NCBI GenBank assembly: GCA_029262755.1
Contig: JAJCYU010000306.1
Location: 1 to 35,922 of the forward strand
Direction: 5' to 3'
From: Anaerolineae bacterium
Lineage (GTDB): Bacteria; Chloroflexota; Anaerolineae; Epilineales; Epilineaceae
DNA: 35,922 nucleotides
The position numbers and the translations under genes are program-made. Positions 27,163 through 35,922 of this stretch are shown piece after piece; within the stretch, counting starts at the first letter, position 1, and each line of letters begins with the position of its first letter. A model generated the notes under the pieces. That model was not told where the DNA came from, made no database searches, and worked only from the letters and a program-made list of their open reading frames with translations.

Positions 27163-29334
27163 ATGCACGGCGCTCGATTCCGGGCGCGGTCCGCCCCGGC
27201 CGCGCCTTCCCGCTACCGTCACGTCCTGGCAACCTACCTGCCGCCCTTGCGTGGCAGGCTGGCGTTGCTCGGGCTGTTGATGCTCGTCGACATCTCGCTC
27301 GATTTGATCGGGCCCCGCATCCAGAAGGCCTTCATCGATGGCGCGCTGGAGAGCCGGCCGATGGCCGACCTGCTGCGCCTCGCCGCCGCATACCTCGCGC
27401 TCGCCTTCGTGCTGCAAGGGCTCTTCGTCGCCTCGACGTGGGTGGCCGCCGACATCGCACAGCGGGCCACGAACCACCTGCGTGAGGATCTGCTGGCCCA
27501 CGTGCTGCGCCTCGACCTACGCTTCCACGACCGTCGTACGCCGGGCGAGCTGATCGAGCGCATCGACGGCGACGTTTCGACGCTGGCCAATTTCTTGTCG
27601 CGCTTCGTGCTCGAGCTCTTGGGCAGCGTGCTGCTGCTGGGCGGCGTGCTCGTGCTGTTGTACCGCATCGATCCGCGGGTTGGGCTGATCTTGTCGGCCT
27701 TCGCGCTCGTATCCTTCGTGGCGATGCGCCGCATGACCGCCGGCGCCGCGGCGCGTTGGGAGGCATCGCGCGAAGCCAACGCGCAGCTCTTCGGCTTCCT
27801 CGAGGAGCGCATCGCGGCCACGGAGGACATCCGTGCAAGCGGCGCGGCCGAACACACGATGCGCGGCTTGTTCACGCACGCGCGCGTAACGTGGAAGACG
27901 CGTCTGCGCGCCGCCCTCTTCGGCTCGATCACGGGCAGCACGTCCATCTTCCTGATGGCCGTCGGCTCCGCGCTGGCGCTTGCGCTCGGCATCTGGCTCT
28001 ACTTGAACGACGAGATCACCCTCGGCACCGTCTTCTTGATCTTCAGCTACGGCCAGTTGATCCGCGGCCCCATCGACGGCATCGCCCGGCAGATGGAGGA
28101 CATGCAGCGCGCGGGCGCAGGCATCACCCGCATCGGCGCGCTGCTCGCGGAACCCGCGGTCGAGGCGGTGGCGGGAGCGGAAGGCGACGGGGGCGGGGGC
28201 GGCGACGACGACGGGGGAGGCGACGGCGACGGGGGAGGCGAACGAGTCGCAGTTACGCAACATGGCCGTCGCGACCACGGCGACCGGACGTCGCGCGGGG
28301 CGGTCGCGGGGTCGGCGCCGGATCGCGCGCCGGCCGATGCGCTGCCCGAGGGGCCGCTCGCGGTGTCCCTCGTCGACGTCGGCTTCGGATATGACCCCGA
28401 GCAGCCCGTGCTCTCCAACGTGACGATCGACCTGCCCGCCGGGTCATCGCTCGGGCTGCTCGGCCGCACGGGCAGCGGCAAGTCGACCATCGCCCGACTG
28501 CTGTTGCGGCTCTACGACCCCGATGCGGGTACGATCCACGTCGGCGCTCGGAACCTGCGCGGGCTTGCGCACAGCGCCTTGCGTTCGCGCGTCGCGATGG
28601 TCACCCAAGACGTCCAGCTCTTCGAGACCAGCCTGCGCGACAACCTGACCCTGTTTAACGACCGGATCGCGGACGAGCGCCTCGCCGCCGCTCTCGACGC
28701 GCTCGGCTTGTCCGACTGGCTCGCGGGACTGCCCGCCGGCCTCGACACGCGCCTGCAATCGGACGGCGGCGGACTGTCCGCCGGCGAAGCACAGCTCGTC
28801 GCGTTGGGCCGGGTCATGCTGCGCGATCCCGGCCTCGTCTTGCTGGACGAAGCCTCGTCCCGCCTCGACCCGGTGACCGAGCGCCGCATCGAGCGCGCCC
28901 TCGCGCGCCTGACCGCCGGCCGCACGGTGATCGTGATCGCCCACCGCCTCGCCACGGTGCGCCGCGTCGACCACGTCGCCATTCTCGCGTCCGGCCGTGT
29001 CGTCGAACAGGGTGGGCGCGCGGATTTGGAAGCCGATCCAACGTCGCGCTTCGCCGCGCTGCTGGCCACGGGCCTCGAGGATGTCGAGGCCGCGGTGGAG
29101 GTTGGGCTGGATGGTGGGGTGGATGGTGGTGGGACCGACGGTGAGGGTGAGTCGCGGACGACGGGCGAAGAACGCGATTCGGACGTGGAACCGGGCTCGA
29201 GCGAGGCGGACGCGACCGGCAGGACGACGGGGTCGCGTGGGTCACGGGGGTCGCCTGGGTCGCGAGAACCGAACGCGTCCGGCGATTCGGACGAGCGTCC
29301 GAGTTCGGAACCGAACGTGGATCGCGAACGATGA
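27163..29334 (+). CDS. ABC exporter fused permease/ATPase (MsbA/HlyB-like), heterodimer half 1
   Basis: TMD (TPGELIERIDGD), Walker A GRTGSGKST, signature LSAGE, Walker B LLDE, IAHRL. Start 27163 or 27154. Confidence 0.93.
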   Translation: MHGARFRARSAPAAPSRYRHVLATYLPPLRGRLALLGLLMLVDISLDLIGPRIQKAFIDGALESRPMADLLRLAAAYLALAFVLQGLFVASTWVAADIAQRATNHLREDLLAHVLRLDLRFHDRRTPGELIERIDGDVSTLANFLSRFVLELLGSVLLLGGVLVLLYRIDPRVGLILSAFALVSFVAMRRMTAGAAARWEASREANAQLFGFLEERIAATEDIRASGAAEHTMRGLFTHARVTWKTRLRAALFGSITGSTSIFLMAVGSALALALGIWLYLNDEITLGTVFLIFSYGQLIRGPIDGIARQMEDMQRAGAGITRIGALLAEPAVEAVAGAEGDGGGGGDDDGGGDGDGGGERVAVTQHGRRDHGDRTSRGAVAGSAPDRAPADALPEGPLAVSLVDVGFGYDPEQPVLSNVTIDLPAGSSLGLLGRTGSGKSTIARLLLRLYDPDAGTIHVGARNLRGLAHSALRSRVAMVTQDVQLFETSLRDNLTLFNDRIADERLAAALDALGLSDWLAGLPAGLDTRLQSDGGGLSAGEAQLVALGRVMLRDPGLVLLDEASSRLDPVTERRIERALARLTAGRTVIVIAHRLATVRRVDHVAILASGRVVEQGGRADLEADPTSRFAALLATGLEDVEAAVEVGLDGGVDGGGTDGEGESRTTGEERDSDVEPGSSEADATGRTTGSRGSRGSPGSREPNASGDSDERPSSEPNVDRER

Positions 29335-31241
29335 GCGCGCAGAATTCTGAGCAGCCGCCGACGCCGCAGCCATCGTCACCGCCAGCGTCGCCGCAAGCGT
29401 CGCCGCCACGGTCGCCTTCCACCGCGACGGATTCGCCCACACCTCCGGCAAGTCCGCCTTCCGCGCCCACGAAGATGTGGCCGATTCTGTGGCGCCTCGC
29501 ACGCTATCGGCCCCTCCTCTATCTCACCAGCGGGATGCTGGCGAGCGTGATGTTCTACCTCTTTCCGCTGTTGCCGGGTCTGGTCGTGCGTCGGATCTTC
29601 GATGCGCTCAGCGACGGTGCGACGATGGCCGATGCGCCGTGGGCGCTTGTCGCGCTGCTGGTCGGCATCGCGGTGGCGCGGGTGAACTCGATCTTTGCGG
29701 CCACGGCGGCCGAGAGCAGCATGCAGGAGCTGATCGGCACGTTGCTGCGCGCCAACGTGCTGGAATCGATCCTTGCGCGGCCGGCCGCTCGGGCGTTGCC
29801 CGGAACCAGCGGCGAGGCCATCAGCCGGCTGCGCACGGACGTAAACGCGATTCCCGGCTTCTTGACGTGGACGCTCGACCCCGTCGGCCAGGGCGTCGCC
29901 GTGATCGCGGCGGTCGCCGTCTTGTGGCGCGTGGAGCCGGCGTACACGGCCTTCGTCGTGCTGCCGCTGGTGGCGGTCATCGTGGTCGTGAACGCGGCCG
30001 CGCAGCGCATCCGGGGCACGCGCAGGGTGGCGCGCGAGGCCGAGGGCAGCGTCACGGGCTTGATCGGCGAGGTCGTCGGCGCGGTGCTGGCCATCAAGGT
30101 GGCGGCGGCCGAGGACAGGGTGATCGCCCGCTTCCGCCGGCTGAACGCAGCACGCCGCAACGCCGTGCTGCGCGATACGTTGCTCTCGACGCTCCTACGC
30201 TCCTTCTCGTACAACGCCTCCAACATCGGCGTCGGCGCGCTGCTGCTCTTGGCCGCAGGGTCCATGCGCGACGGCGACTTCAGCGTGGGCGATTTCACCT
30301 TGTTCGTCTCCTACCTCGGTTGGCTGGCCACCGTGACGAGCATGTTCGGCAACTACCTGACGTCGTGGCGCCAGACCTCCGTCTCCGCGGAGCGCGTCGC
30401 AGGCCTCGCGCCCGACGAGCCGCCGGCGGCCATCGCGCGTCATCGTCCGGTCTACCTGTGGGGCGCGGAGGCGCCGGCGCCGGCCGCGACGGTGCGCGGA
30501 TCGGAGGATCGCCTCGAACGGCTGGAGGCAGTCGGCCTTTGCTACGCGCATCCGGACACGGGCCGCGGCATCACCGGCATCGACCTGGTCCTGGAACGGG
30601 GCAGCTTCACGGTGATCACCGGCGAGATCGGGTCGGGCAAGTCGACGCTGCTGCGCGTGCTCCTCGGCCTGTTGCCGGCCGACGCGGGCACGGTGCGCTG
30701 GAACGGCGAGTTGGTGGAGGACACGGCCACGTTCCTGGTGCCGCCACGCTGCGCGTACACCCCGCAAGCGCCGCGCCTCTTCAGCGCTTCGCTGCGCGAG
30801 AACATCCTGCTCGGCCTGCCCCTCGACGACGACGCGCTGCACCAGGCCGTCCACGACGCCGTGCTCACCGAGGACGTCGCCGCGCTCCCGGACGGCCTCG
30901 CGACGCGCGTCGGACCGCGCGGCACGCGCCTCTCCGGCGGGCAGCGACAGCGCGCGGCTGCCGCGCGCATGCTCGTGCGGCGGCCCGAGCTCCTCGTCTT
31001 CGACGACCTCTCCAGCGCGCTGGACGTCGAGACCGAGGCGCGGCTGTGGGAACGCGTCCTGGCGCGCGACGGCGCGACGATCCTCGCCGTCGCGCACCGC
31101 CGCGACGCGCTGCGGCGCGCCGACCAGGTCATCGTGCTCGCGGAAGGCCGCGTGGCCGCCGCGGGTACGCTGGACGCGCTGCTCGAGGAATCCAGCGCCA
31201 TGCGCGCGTTGTGGGACGCTCCTCAGCAAGACCTCAGTTGA
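29331..31241 (+). CDS. ABC exporter fused permease/ATPase, heterodimer half 2
   Basis: ATGA overlap with half 1. TMD, GEIGSGKST, LSGGQ, Walker B VFDD, VAHRR. Confidence 0.93.
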   Translation: MSAQNSEQPPTPQPSSPPASPQASPPRSPSTATDSPTPPASPPSAPTKMWPILWRLARYRPLLYLTSGMLASVMFYLFPLLPGLVVRRIFDALSDGATMADAPWALVALLVGIAVARVNSIFAATAAESSMQELIGTLLRANVLESILARPAARALPGTSGEAISRLRTDVNAIPGFLTWTLDPVGQGVAVIAAVAVLWRVEPAYTAFVVLPLVAVIVVVNAAAQRIRGTRRVAREAEGSVTGLIGEVVGAVLAIKVAAAEDRVIARFRRLNAARRNAVLRDTLLSTLLRSFSYNASNIGVGALLLLAAGSMRDGDFSVGDFTLFVSYLGWLATVTSMFGNYLTSWRQTSVSAERVAGLAPDEPPAAIARHRPVYLWGAEAPAPAATVRGSEDRLERLEAVGLCYAHPDTGRGITGIDLVLERGSFTVITGEIGSGKSTLLRVLLGLLPADAGTVRWNGELVEDTATFLVPPRCAYTPQAPRLFSASLRENILLGLPLDDDALHQAVHDAVLTEDVAALPDGLATRVGPRGTRLSGGQRQRAAAARMLVRRPELLVFDDLSSALDVETEARLWERVLARDGATILAVAHRRDALRRADQVIVLAEGRVAAAGTLDALLEESSAMRALWDAPQQDLS

Positions 31242-31293
31242 AGCCCCGTAGGCTGACAGGGTGTGATCCGCACACCCTGCTGAGGAGCCTGCC

Positions 31294-32874
31294 ATGTATG
31301 CCACTTTGCGCCGGACGAGAGCGTGGTTGCCTGCCGCGGCGATGACGTTGATCCTGCTGCCCGCCGCGTGCTCGGACACCGATGGGTCGCGCGAAAGTCC
31401 GAGTCCGGACGAAGCGCAGCGCGAGAACGCCGTCGTCGTCGATGGCGTGGATTCCACGGTCGGCGCGGGGGACGGCGCCGGGTCGGCCGGGACCGGCGCG
31501 CGGGACGACGCGTGGGGCGTCACCCGCTTCTACATCGAGCTCACGGAGGACGACATCGAGGTGCAGTCCTTCGTCGACGGTGCCCGGTGGCAGGGGCTGG
31601 AGATTGCGAGTCCCGCCGGCTACACGATCTACGCCACGGAAGCGGACTCGTATCTGGGCGCCCAGGGTCTGAGCGAGTTGCAGATCGACGGTTGGCCGAG
31701 CCACTTCCCCGTAGTCGGCGATCCAGCGCACCTAGAGATCGAATCGGTCGATGAATACCTTGCTCTGTTTCCGGCGGGCACCTACTACTTTCACGGCCGG
31801 CGCGTCGCGGGCGGCACGCTCTCCGGCGAGGCCCGCTTCACGCACGACCTTCCGGGCTTGCCCGAGATCCTCTCGCCGCCCGATGAGGACGAGCTCGCGG
31901 TGCTTGACCCCGAAGACGCCGTCATCCGCTGGGAGCCGGTCACCGAGACCTTTGACGGCAAGGAGCCCATCGAGATCGTCGAGTACGAGGTCATCGTCGA
32001 GCAGGTGGAGCCATTCCGGAAGCTGAGCATCCACGTACCGGGCGACCGTACGAGCCTGCGCGTGCCGCGCGCCTTCCTCGAGCAAGACGCGGTCTACGAC
32101 GTCGAGCTCGTGGCCATCGAAGCGAGCGACAACCAGACGATCGCGGCTTCCGCGTTCCGGACTTCGGCCGACGTGGAAGCGCCCGAAGAGACCGATCCGC
32201 TACCCGGCGCGCTGAAAGCCGCCGCGTTCTATGTCGAGCTCAGCGAGGACGACATCGAGATCCAGACCTTCACCGATGGCTCCCGATGGGACCTGCTCGA
32301 GATCGAAGGCCCCTCCGGCGACTTGGTCCTGCGCACGGAGGCTAGCTCCTTCATGGCGGACCAGGGTCTTAGCGAGCTGACGGTCGACGGCTGGCCTAGC
32401 CACTTCCCCATCGAGGGCGATCCCGAGCACCTCGAGATTCCCTCGATCGACACCTTTCTCTCGGCGTTCACCGAGGGCACGTATCGCTTCCGTGCCGTCA
32501 CCGTGGACGGCGAGGAGCTGACGGGCGCCGCAACGTTCACGCACGATCTGCCCGCCCTGCCGGTGATCACCGCACCCACGGTAGGCGACGAACCCGACGT
32601 GCTGGACCGGGACGATGTGACGATCACGTGGCAGCCGGTCACGCGCTCCTTCGACGGCGAAGACGCCGTCGAGATCGTCACCTACGAGGTAGTCGTCGAG
32701 CAGGTGGAGCCCTTCCGCAAGCTGAGCATCCATCTACCCGCGTCCGCCACAAGCGTCCGCGTGCCGGTAGCGTTCCTCGAGGCCGGACGCGAATACGAGG
32801 TCGAGGTCATGGCCATCGAGCGCAGCGGTAATCAGACATTTGCGGTCACGGAGTTCGCGACGGCGGAGCGGTAG
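31294..32874 (+). CDS. Acidic lipoprotein made of two ~200-aa internal repeats (each ending in an FN3-like beta-sandwich)
   Basis: GAGGAG RBS and lipobox-like LLPAAC. Repeats FY(I/V)EL(T/S)EDDIE.Q.F.DG.RW...GWPSHFP..GDP.HLEI...FTHDLP.LP...YEV.VEQVEPFRKLSIH. Confidence 0.8.
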   Translation: MYATLRRTRAWLPAAAMTLILLPAACSDTDGSRESPSPDEAQRENAVVVDGVDSTVGAGDGAGSAGTGARDDAWGVTRFYIELTEDDIEVQSFVDGARWQGLEIASPAGYTIYATEADSYLGAQGLSELQIDGWPSHFPVVGDPAHLEIESVDEYLALFPAGTYYFHGRRVAGGTLSGEARFTHDLPGLPEILSPPDEDELAVLDPEDAVIRWEPVTETFDGKEPIEIVEYEVIVEQVEPFRKLSIHVPGDRTSLRVPRAFLEQDAVYDVELVAIEASDNQTIAASAFRTSADVEAPEETDPLPGALKAAAFYVELSEDDIEIQTFTDGSRWDLLEIEGPSGDLVLRTEASSFMADQGLSELTVDGWPSHFPIEGDPEHLEIPSIDTFLSAFTEGTYRFRAVTVDGEELTGAATFTHDLPALPVITAPTVGDEPDVLDRDDVTITWQPVTRSFDGEDAVEIVTYEVVVEQVEPFRKLSIHLPASATSVRVPVAFLEAGREYEVEVMAIERSGNQTFAVTEFATAER

Positions 32875-33042
32875 ACGGGAACCAAGGGCTTCTGCGGTCG
32901 TGATCGTAATCGAACTCGCTCGCGGACGGATTCCAACTGCCGTGTAACAGGTCGCGGTGGCGACAGACCACAGCGGAGCGCCGTTGCGTCGAGTCGCGCG
33001 GTTGATACTTGCCCCGTCTCCGCACCCTGTCAGGAGCCCACC

Positions 33043-33588
33043 ATGCCCGCCCAATGTGTCGAAAGCGACGTCGAGATCGCTGCCCCACGCGAAGCCGTAT
33101 ATGCCTATCTGGCCGACTTTCCGCGCCACATGGAGTGGAACGAGCAGCCGCAGCGGATGACCCCGCTCAACGAGGGGCCTGCCCGCGTCGGCAGCCGCTA
33201 CAGCACGCTTGAGAGCATGCCGAGCAACATGCCGCTCAAGCAGCGCCTGATGTTCAAAGTGGCCATGCCGATCATGAAGATGGTGCACGGGATGTCGGAC
33301 GAGACGATCGCCGAGATCACGGAACTCGACGAGGGGAAGCGGGTCGCATGGGCCGCGCACCTGCCCAGCAAGCGCTCCGGGGACATGATGCGCATGCGCT
33401 GGGCGCTCGATCTTGAGGACGCGGGGGACGGGACCCGCGTGTGCCAGCAATGCGAGGTCGATCCGCCCGAAGGCAGCCCGTTCGCCAAGATGATCAATGA
33501 GGAGTTTGCTGCCGAGATTCGGCACGGCATCGATGGCAATCTAGCCAAGCTGAAGACGATTCTTGAGAACGCGGTGGCGTTCGCCTAG
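33043..33588 (+). CDS. SRPBCC family protein
   Basis: AGGAG RBS. Motifs VEIAAPREAVYAYLADFPRHMEWN, GPARVGSRY and C-terminal helix NLAKLKTILE. Confidence 0.88.
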   Translation: MPAQCVESDVEIAAPREAVYAYLADFPRHMEWNEQPQRMTPLNEGPARVGSRYSTLESMPSNMPLKQRLMFKVAMPIMKMVHGMSDETIAEITELDEGKRVAWAAHLPSKRSGDMMRMRWALDLEDAGDGTRVCQQCEVDPPEGSPFAKMINEEFAAEIRHGIDGNLAKLKTILENAVAFA

Positions 33589-33684
33589 CGTCCAGGAAGG
33601 CTGAGTGAATCGGGGCCGGGGTGGACTCCGCGCCCAAACGTCCTACCCTTGGGTGAGATATCCCTTCGCGAGCAGGAGCGCGCC

Positions 33685-34299
33685 ATGGTCAAATTCACAT
33701 TCGACAAGAGTTTCTTCTACGTTCTGTCCGGCCTGCTGGCCGTGCTGGTCGTGGGCGGCATCGGCTGGTTCGTCAGCCGCGGCGGCAGCCAGGTTGCGAC
33801 CTCACCCGTCGCGCCGGCCGCGCAGCCGTCCGTGCCGGACACGAACATCCCCGCACCGGTCGACGCGGGCGGCGCAACGGGTGCCGAGGCGCCCATCAAC
33901 GTCGCCCCACCGCCCGCGCCCGTCGCGGACGGTTCGCTTGACTCTATTCTGGCCGGCGGCGAGATCACGCCGGAGCAGGACGCGCTCGTCAGCCGGCTGG
34001 GTCCGGCCGATGCGCTCGAGAAGGTCCAGTCGCCGGATACGGTATGGGTTGACACCCGTACGGCGGAAGAGTTCGCCACGAGCCATATTCCGGGCGCGAT
34101 CTCGATCCCGGCCTATAGCCAGGACGCGGCGTTGGCGGAGCTGCCCAAGGATAAAGAAATCATCCTCTACTGTGCCTGACCTAACGAGCACACGAGTGCC
34201 CGTGCGGCACACATCCTGACGGCGATGGGCTTCGAGAACGTGACGACGGTATTCGGCGGTTGGGGCGCGTGGCAGTCCTACGGCTACCCCGTCGAGTAA
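33685..34299 (+). CDS. Membrane-anchored rhodanese-like protein with in-frame UGA (probable selenocysteine at 34177-34179)
   Basis: AGGAG RBS, ATG 33685 and an N-terminal TM helix. VDTR..EEF..SHIPGA..IP...LPKDKEIILYCA-TGA-PNEHTSARAAHILTAMGFENVTTVFGGWGAWQSYGYPVE-TAA; the rhodanese C-terminal half lies after the TGA. Confidence 0.85.
34196..34210 (+). promoter_or_regulatory. Candidate bacterial SECIS upper stem-loop
   Basis: GUGCC-CGUGC-GGCAC hairpin whose loop starts 22 nt after the UGA, with G at loop position 2. An alternative hairpin at 34184-34203 is also possible. Confidence 0.55.
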
Positions 34300-34316
34300 C
34301 GCAGCGAGATTCAACC

Positions 34317-34340
34317 GAGCACTTGAGTACTTGAATACTT
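34317..34340. repeat. 8-bp tandem repeat x3
   Basis: GAGCACTT-GAGTACTT-GAATACTT between the rhodanese and DinB genes. Confidence 0.6.
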
Positions 34341-34368
34341 GGGAACCAAGACCACACGCGGAACGAGC

Positions 34369-34941
34369 ATGAGTACAACGACTCGACCCGAGATGCTGGC
34401 GGACCTCGTCGCCTTCAGCGCAGGCTGGACGCGAGACGCCGTCGCCAAGATGCCCGATGCCATGCTGCGTTGGCGTCCTGACGAGCAGGCCAACGCGATC
34501 GACCTGACCGTCTGGCACATCGCGCGCATGGTGGACATCTTCGGCACACGCTTCGTCCAAGGCCGCGAGCAGGACGACGAACTGTGGTTCACCGGCGGCT
34601 GGGCCGAGCGCACCGGCTACGATCCGCGCGGCATCGGCATTCAAGGTATGGGCGGCCTCCTCGGCTACACCCAAGAGGAGGTCGCCGCCGTGCCGGTCTT
34701 CACGCGCGACGAGCTGCTCGCCTACTTCGACGCGACCCACGATGCGCTGACCGCGCATCTGCGCGCGATGGACGACGCGGCGCTCGACGAGCCACGCGCG
34801 GGCATCTCGGTCGAGCAGAGCACGTACGCCTTCGTGCGGCACCTGCTCATGGACACGACGCGCCACAGCGGCGAGATCTTCGCGATCGCCGAGATGTGGC
34901 GGCGGCGAAATCCCGGCGAGGTCGACGCCTTCATGCCGTAG
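34369..34941 (+). CDS. DinB family (DinB_2 / thiol S-transferase-like) protein
   Basis: Motifs LRWRP...ANAIDLTVWHIAR, G.GGLLGYT.EEV and HLLMDTTRHSGEI. Confidence 0.85.
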   Translation: MSTTTRPEMLADLVAFSAGWTRDAVAKMPDAMLRWRPDEQANAIDLTVWHIARMVDIFGTRFVQGREQDDELWFTGGWAERTGYDPRGIGIQGMGGLLGYTQEEVAAVPVFTRDELLAYFDATHDALTAHLRAMDDAALDEPRAGISVEQSTYAFVRHLLMDTTRHSGEIFAIAEMWRRRNPGEVDAFMP

Positions 34942-35066
34942 GCGGGTTGGTGATGGCGGTCGTCGAGAATAGCGGAAGAGGCGGTGGACTTTCGACGCCG
35001 GACGGCACGTTCGGCGCGAATCTACGCCGTAGCAATCTCCGTCATCGCTGCTGCCCGTACGCGCGC

Positions 35067-35922
35067 CTAGCCGCCCAATGCGTCGGCCAGCGCGCCTAAA
35101 CCCTCGGCGACCAACAGCCGCTGGAAGCCTGCGCGAGCGCTTTGGAACGCCAGGATCGCGCCACCGAGTTTGACGACTGCTCCGGCCCGCTCGAGCCCCT
35201 GCTTGAAGGGCTCGCCAGTGGCGCAGGCGCCGTTCAGATCGTCGAGGCCCTCCCCCCACAGGCGCATGCTCTCCAACAACGGGTCATGCACAACGTCACG
35301 TGCATTGGCCGGTGGCGTGACCGTTTCCAGGCGCGCGCGCAGATCGGCCATGAGGCGTGCATCCGCGGCCAGGTCCGGATGCGGTTGCCCGCCAAGACCG
35401 CAGAGCTTCTCCGGATCATTCTGCGCATCCTCCACCACTTGCCCATCCCGCTGCGCCGCCTCCAGCGCCTCGCGCACCCACGGCAGCACGGTCTGCGCGT
35501 AGCTCGCCATGGTACCGGCGGCGGCGGACGGCGCGGCGGCGGCCGATCCGGACGACGTGACGGGTGCGGCGGCGGCCGATCCGGGCGACGTGACGGGTGC
35601 GTCGGCCGCGGGGTCGGCGGCGGCCGTCGCGGATCCGGCGACACCGGCGGTATTTTCACTGGCGGTATCGTCGCCCTTGGCGCCGTTCGAGCCTCCGGTG
35701 GCGGCGTCCGATGACGAGGACCCCGAGGCGGCGCGGTCGGCCGCCGGGTCGACCTCGGCCGGCGCGGACGTCGGGTCCACGAGCGCGCCCACCGAGATGG
35801 CGGCGGTCGGCGCCACCATGCGCTCGTCCCTCCGGTCGGTTGTACTACGTCGGTCGCGATCACCCAGCCCACGGAGGACCACGGAGCCAGCGCAGCAGCC
35901 GAAGATCAACACGAGCGGCAAC
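35067..35922 (-). CDS. Hypothetical membrane-anchored protein, 5' end beyond the window
   Basis: Open frame with a hydrophobic segment LVLIFGCCAGSVV, an Ala/Ser/Pro linker and a helical C-terminal domain with two Cys. Confidence 0.65.
   Translation of the reverse strand, partial: LPLVLIFGCCAGSVVLRGLGDRDRRSTTDRRDERMVAPTAAISVGALVDPTSAPAEVDPAADRAASGSSSSDAATGGSNGAKGDDTASENTAGVAGSATAAADPAADAPVTSPGSAAAAPVTSSGSAAAAPSAAAGTMASYAQTVLPWVREALEAAQRDGQVVEDAQNDPEKLCGLGGQPHPDLAADARLMADLRARLETVTPPANARDVVHDPLLESMRLWGEGLDDLNGACATGEPFKQGLERAGAVVKLGGAILAFQSARAGFQRLLVAEGLGALADALGG
35533..35598. repeat. 33-bp in-frame tandem duplication (PVTS[P/S]GSAAAA x2)
   Basis: GCGGCGGCGGCCGATCCGG(A/G)CGACGTGACGGGT twice, one mismatch. 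Confidence 0.8.

Noticed and set aside
34177..34179. Rhodanese as a nonsense-mutated pseudogene
   Set aside because: The stop is specifically TGA at a Cys-type active-loop position, the downstream frame is intact and a SECIS-like hairpin follows. Sec recoding is the simpler explanation, though not proven.

Overview
High-GC bacterial chromosomal window with about 26 protein-coding genes. I found no rRNA, tRNA, CRISPR array or mobile element. The recurring Pro/Thr-linker + 'I(Y/H)(L/I)P' motif suggests a Chloroflexota (Anaerolineae/Ardenticatenia-like) source; this is inference. The left part (1-15.5 kb) is a cluster of secreted modular proteins: a Tat-exported IorB-type molybdoenzyme (partial), a CRTAC1/ASPIC-UnbV protein, two tandem-VWA paralogues, an LVIVD-CotH kinase fusion and an FG-GAP protein. 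It also holds a DUF899 protein, an 84-aa orphan and an unknown HExxH protein. The right part carries a eukaryote-like alanine aminotransferase, an alpha/beta hydrolase, a GIY-YIG protein, a second aminotransferase, a NorC/NorB-like pair, DinB and SRPBCC proteins, a PepSY-RR-HK module, a heterodimeric ABC exporter, a duplicated acidic lipoprotein and a rhodanese gene. Three observations stand out. (1) The cNOR-like heme-copper-superfamily enzyme has a rebuilt active site: FeB ligand positions His->Asn and Glu->Val, and the low-spin heme ligand His->Met. Its partner is a diheme cytochrome c. (2) A membrane-anchored rhodanese reads through an in-frame TGA in its active-site loop (YCA-U-PNE) followed by a SECIS-like hairpin, making it a probable selenoprotein truncated in the ORF track. 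(3) Five secreted proteins share one short post-linker peptide motif, both C-terminally and internally, which suggests an uncharacterised surface docking or sorting system.
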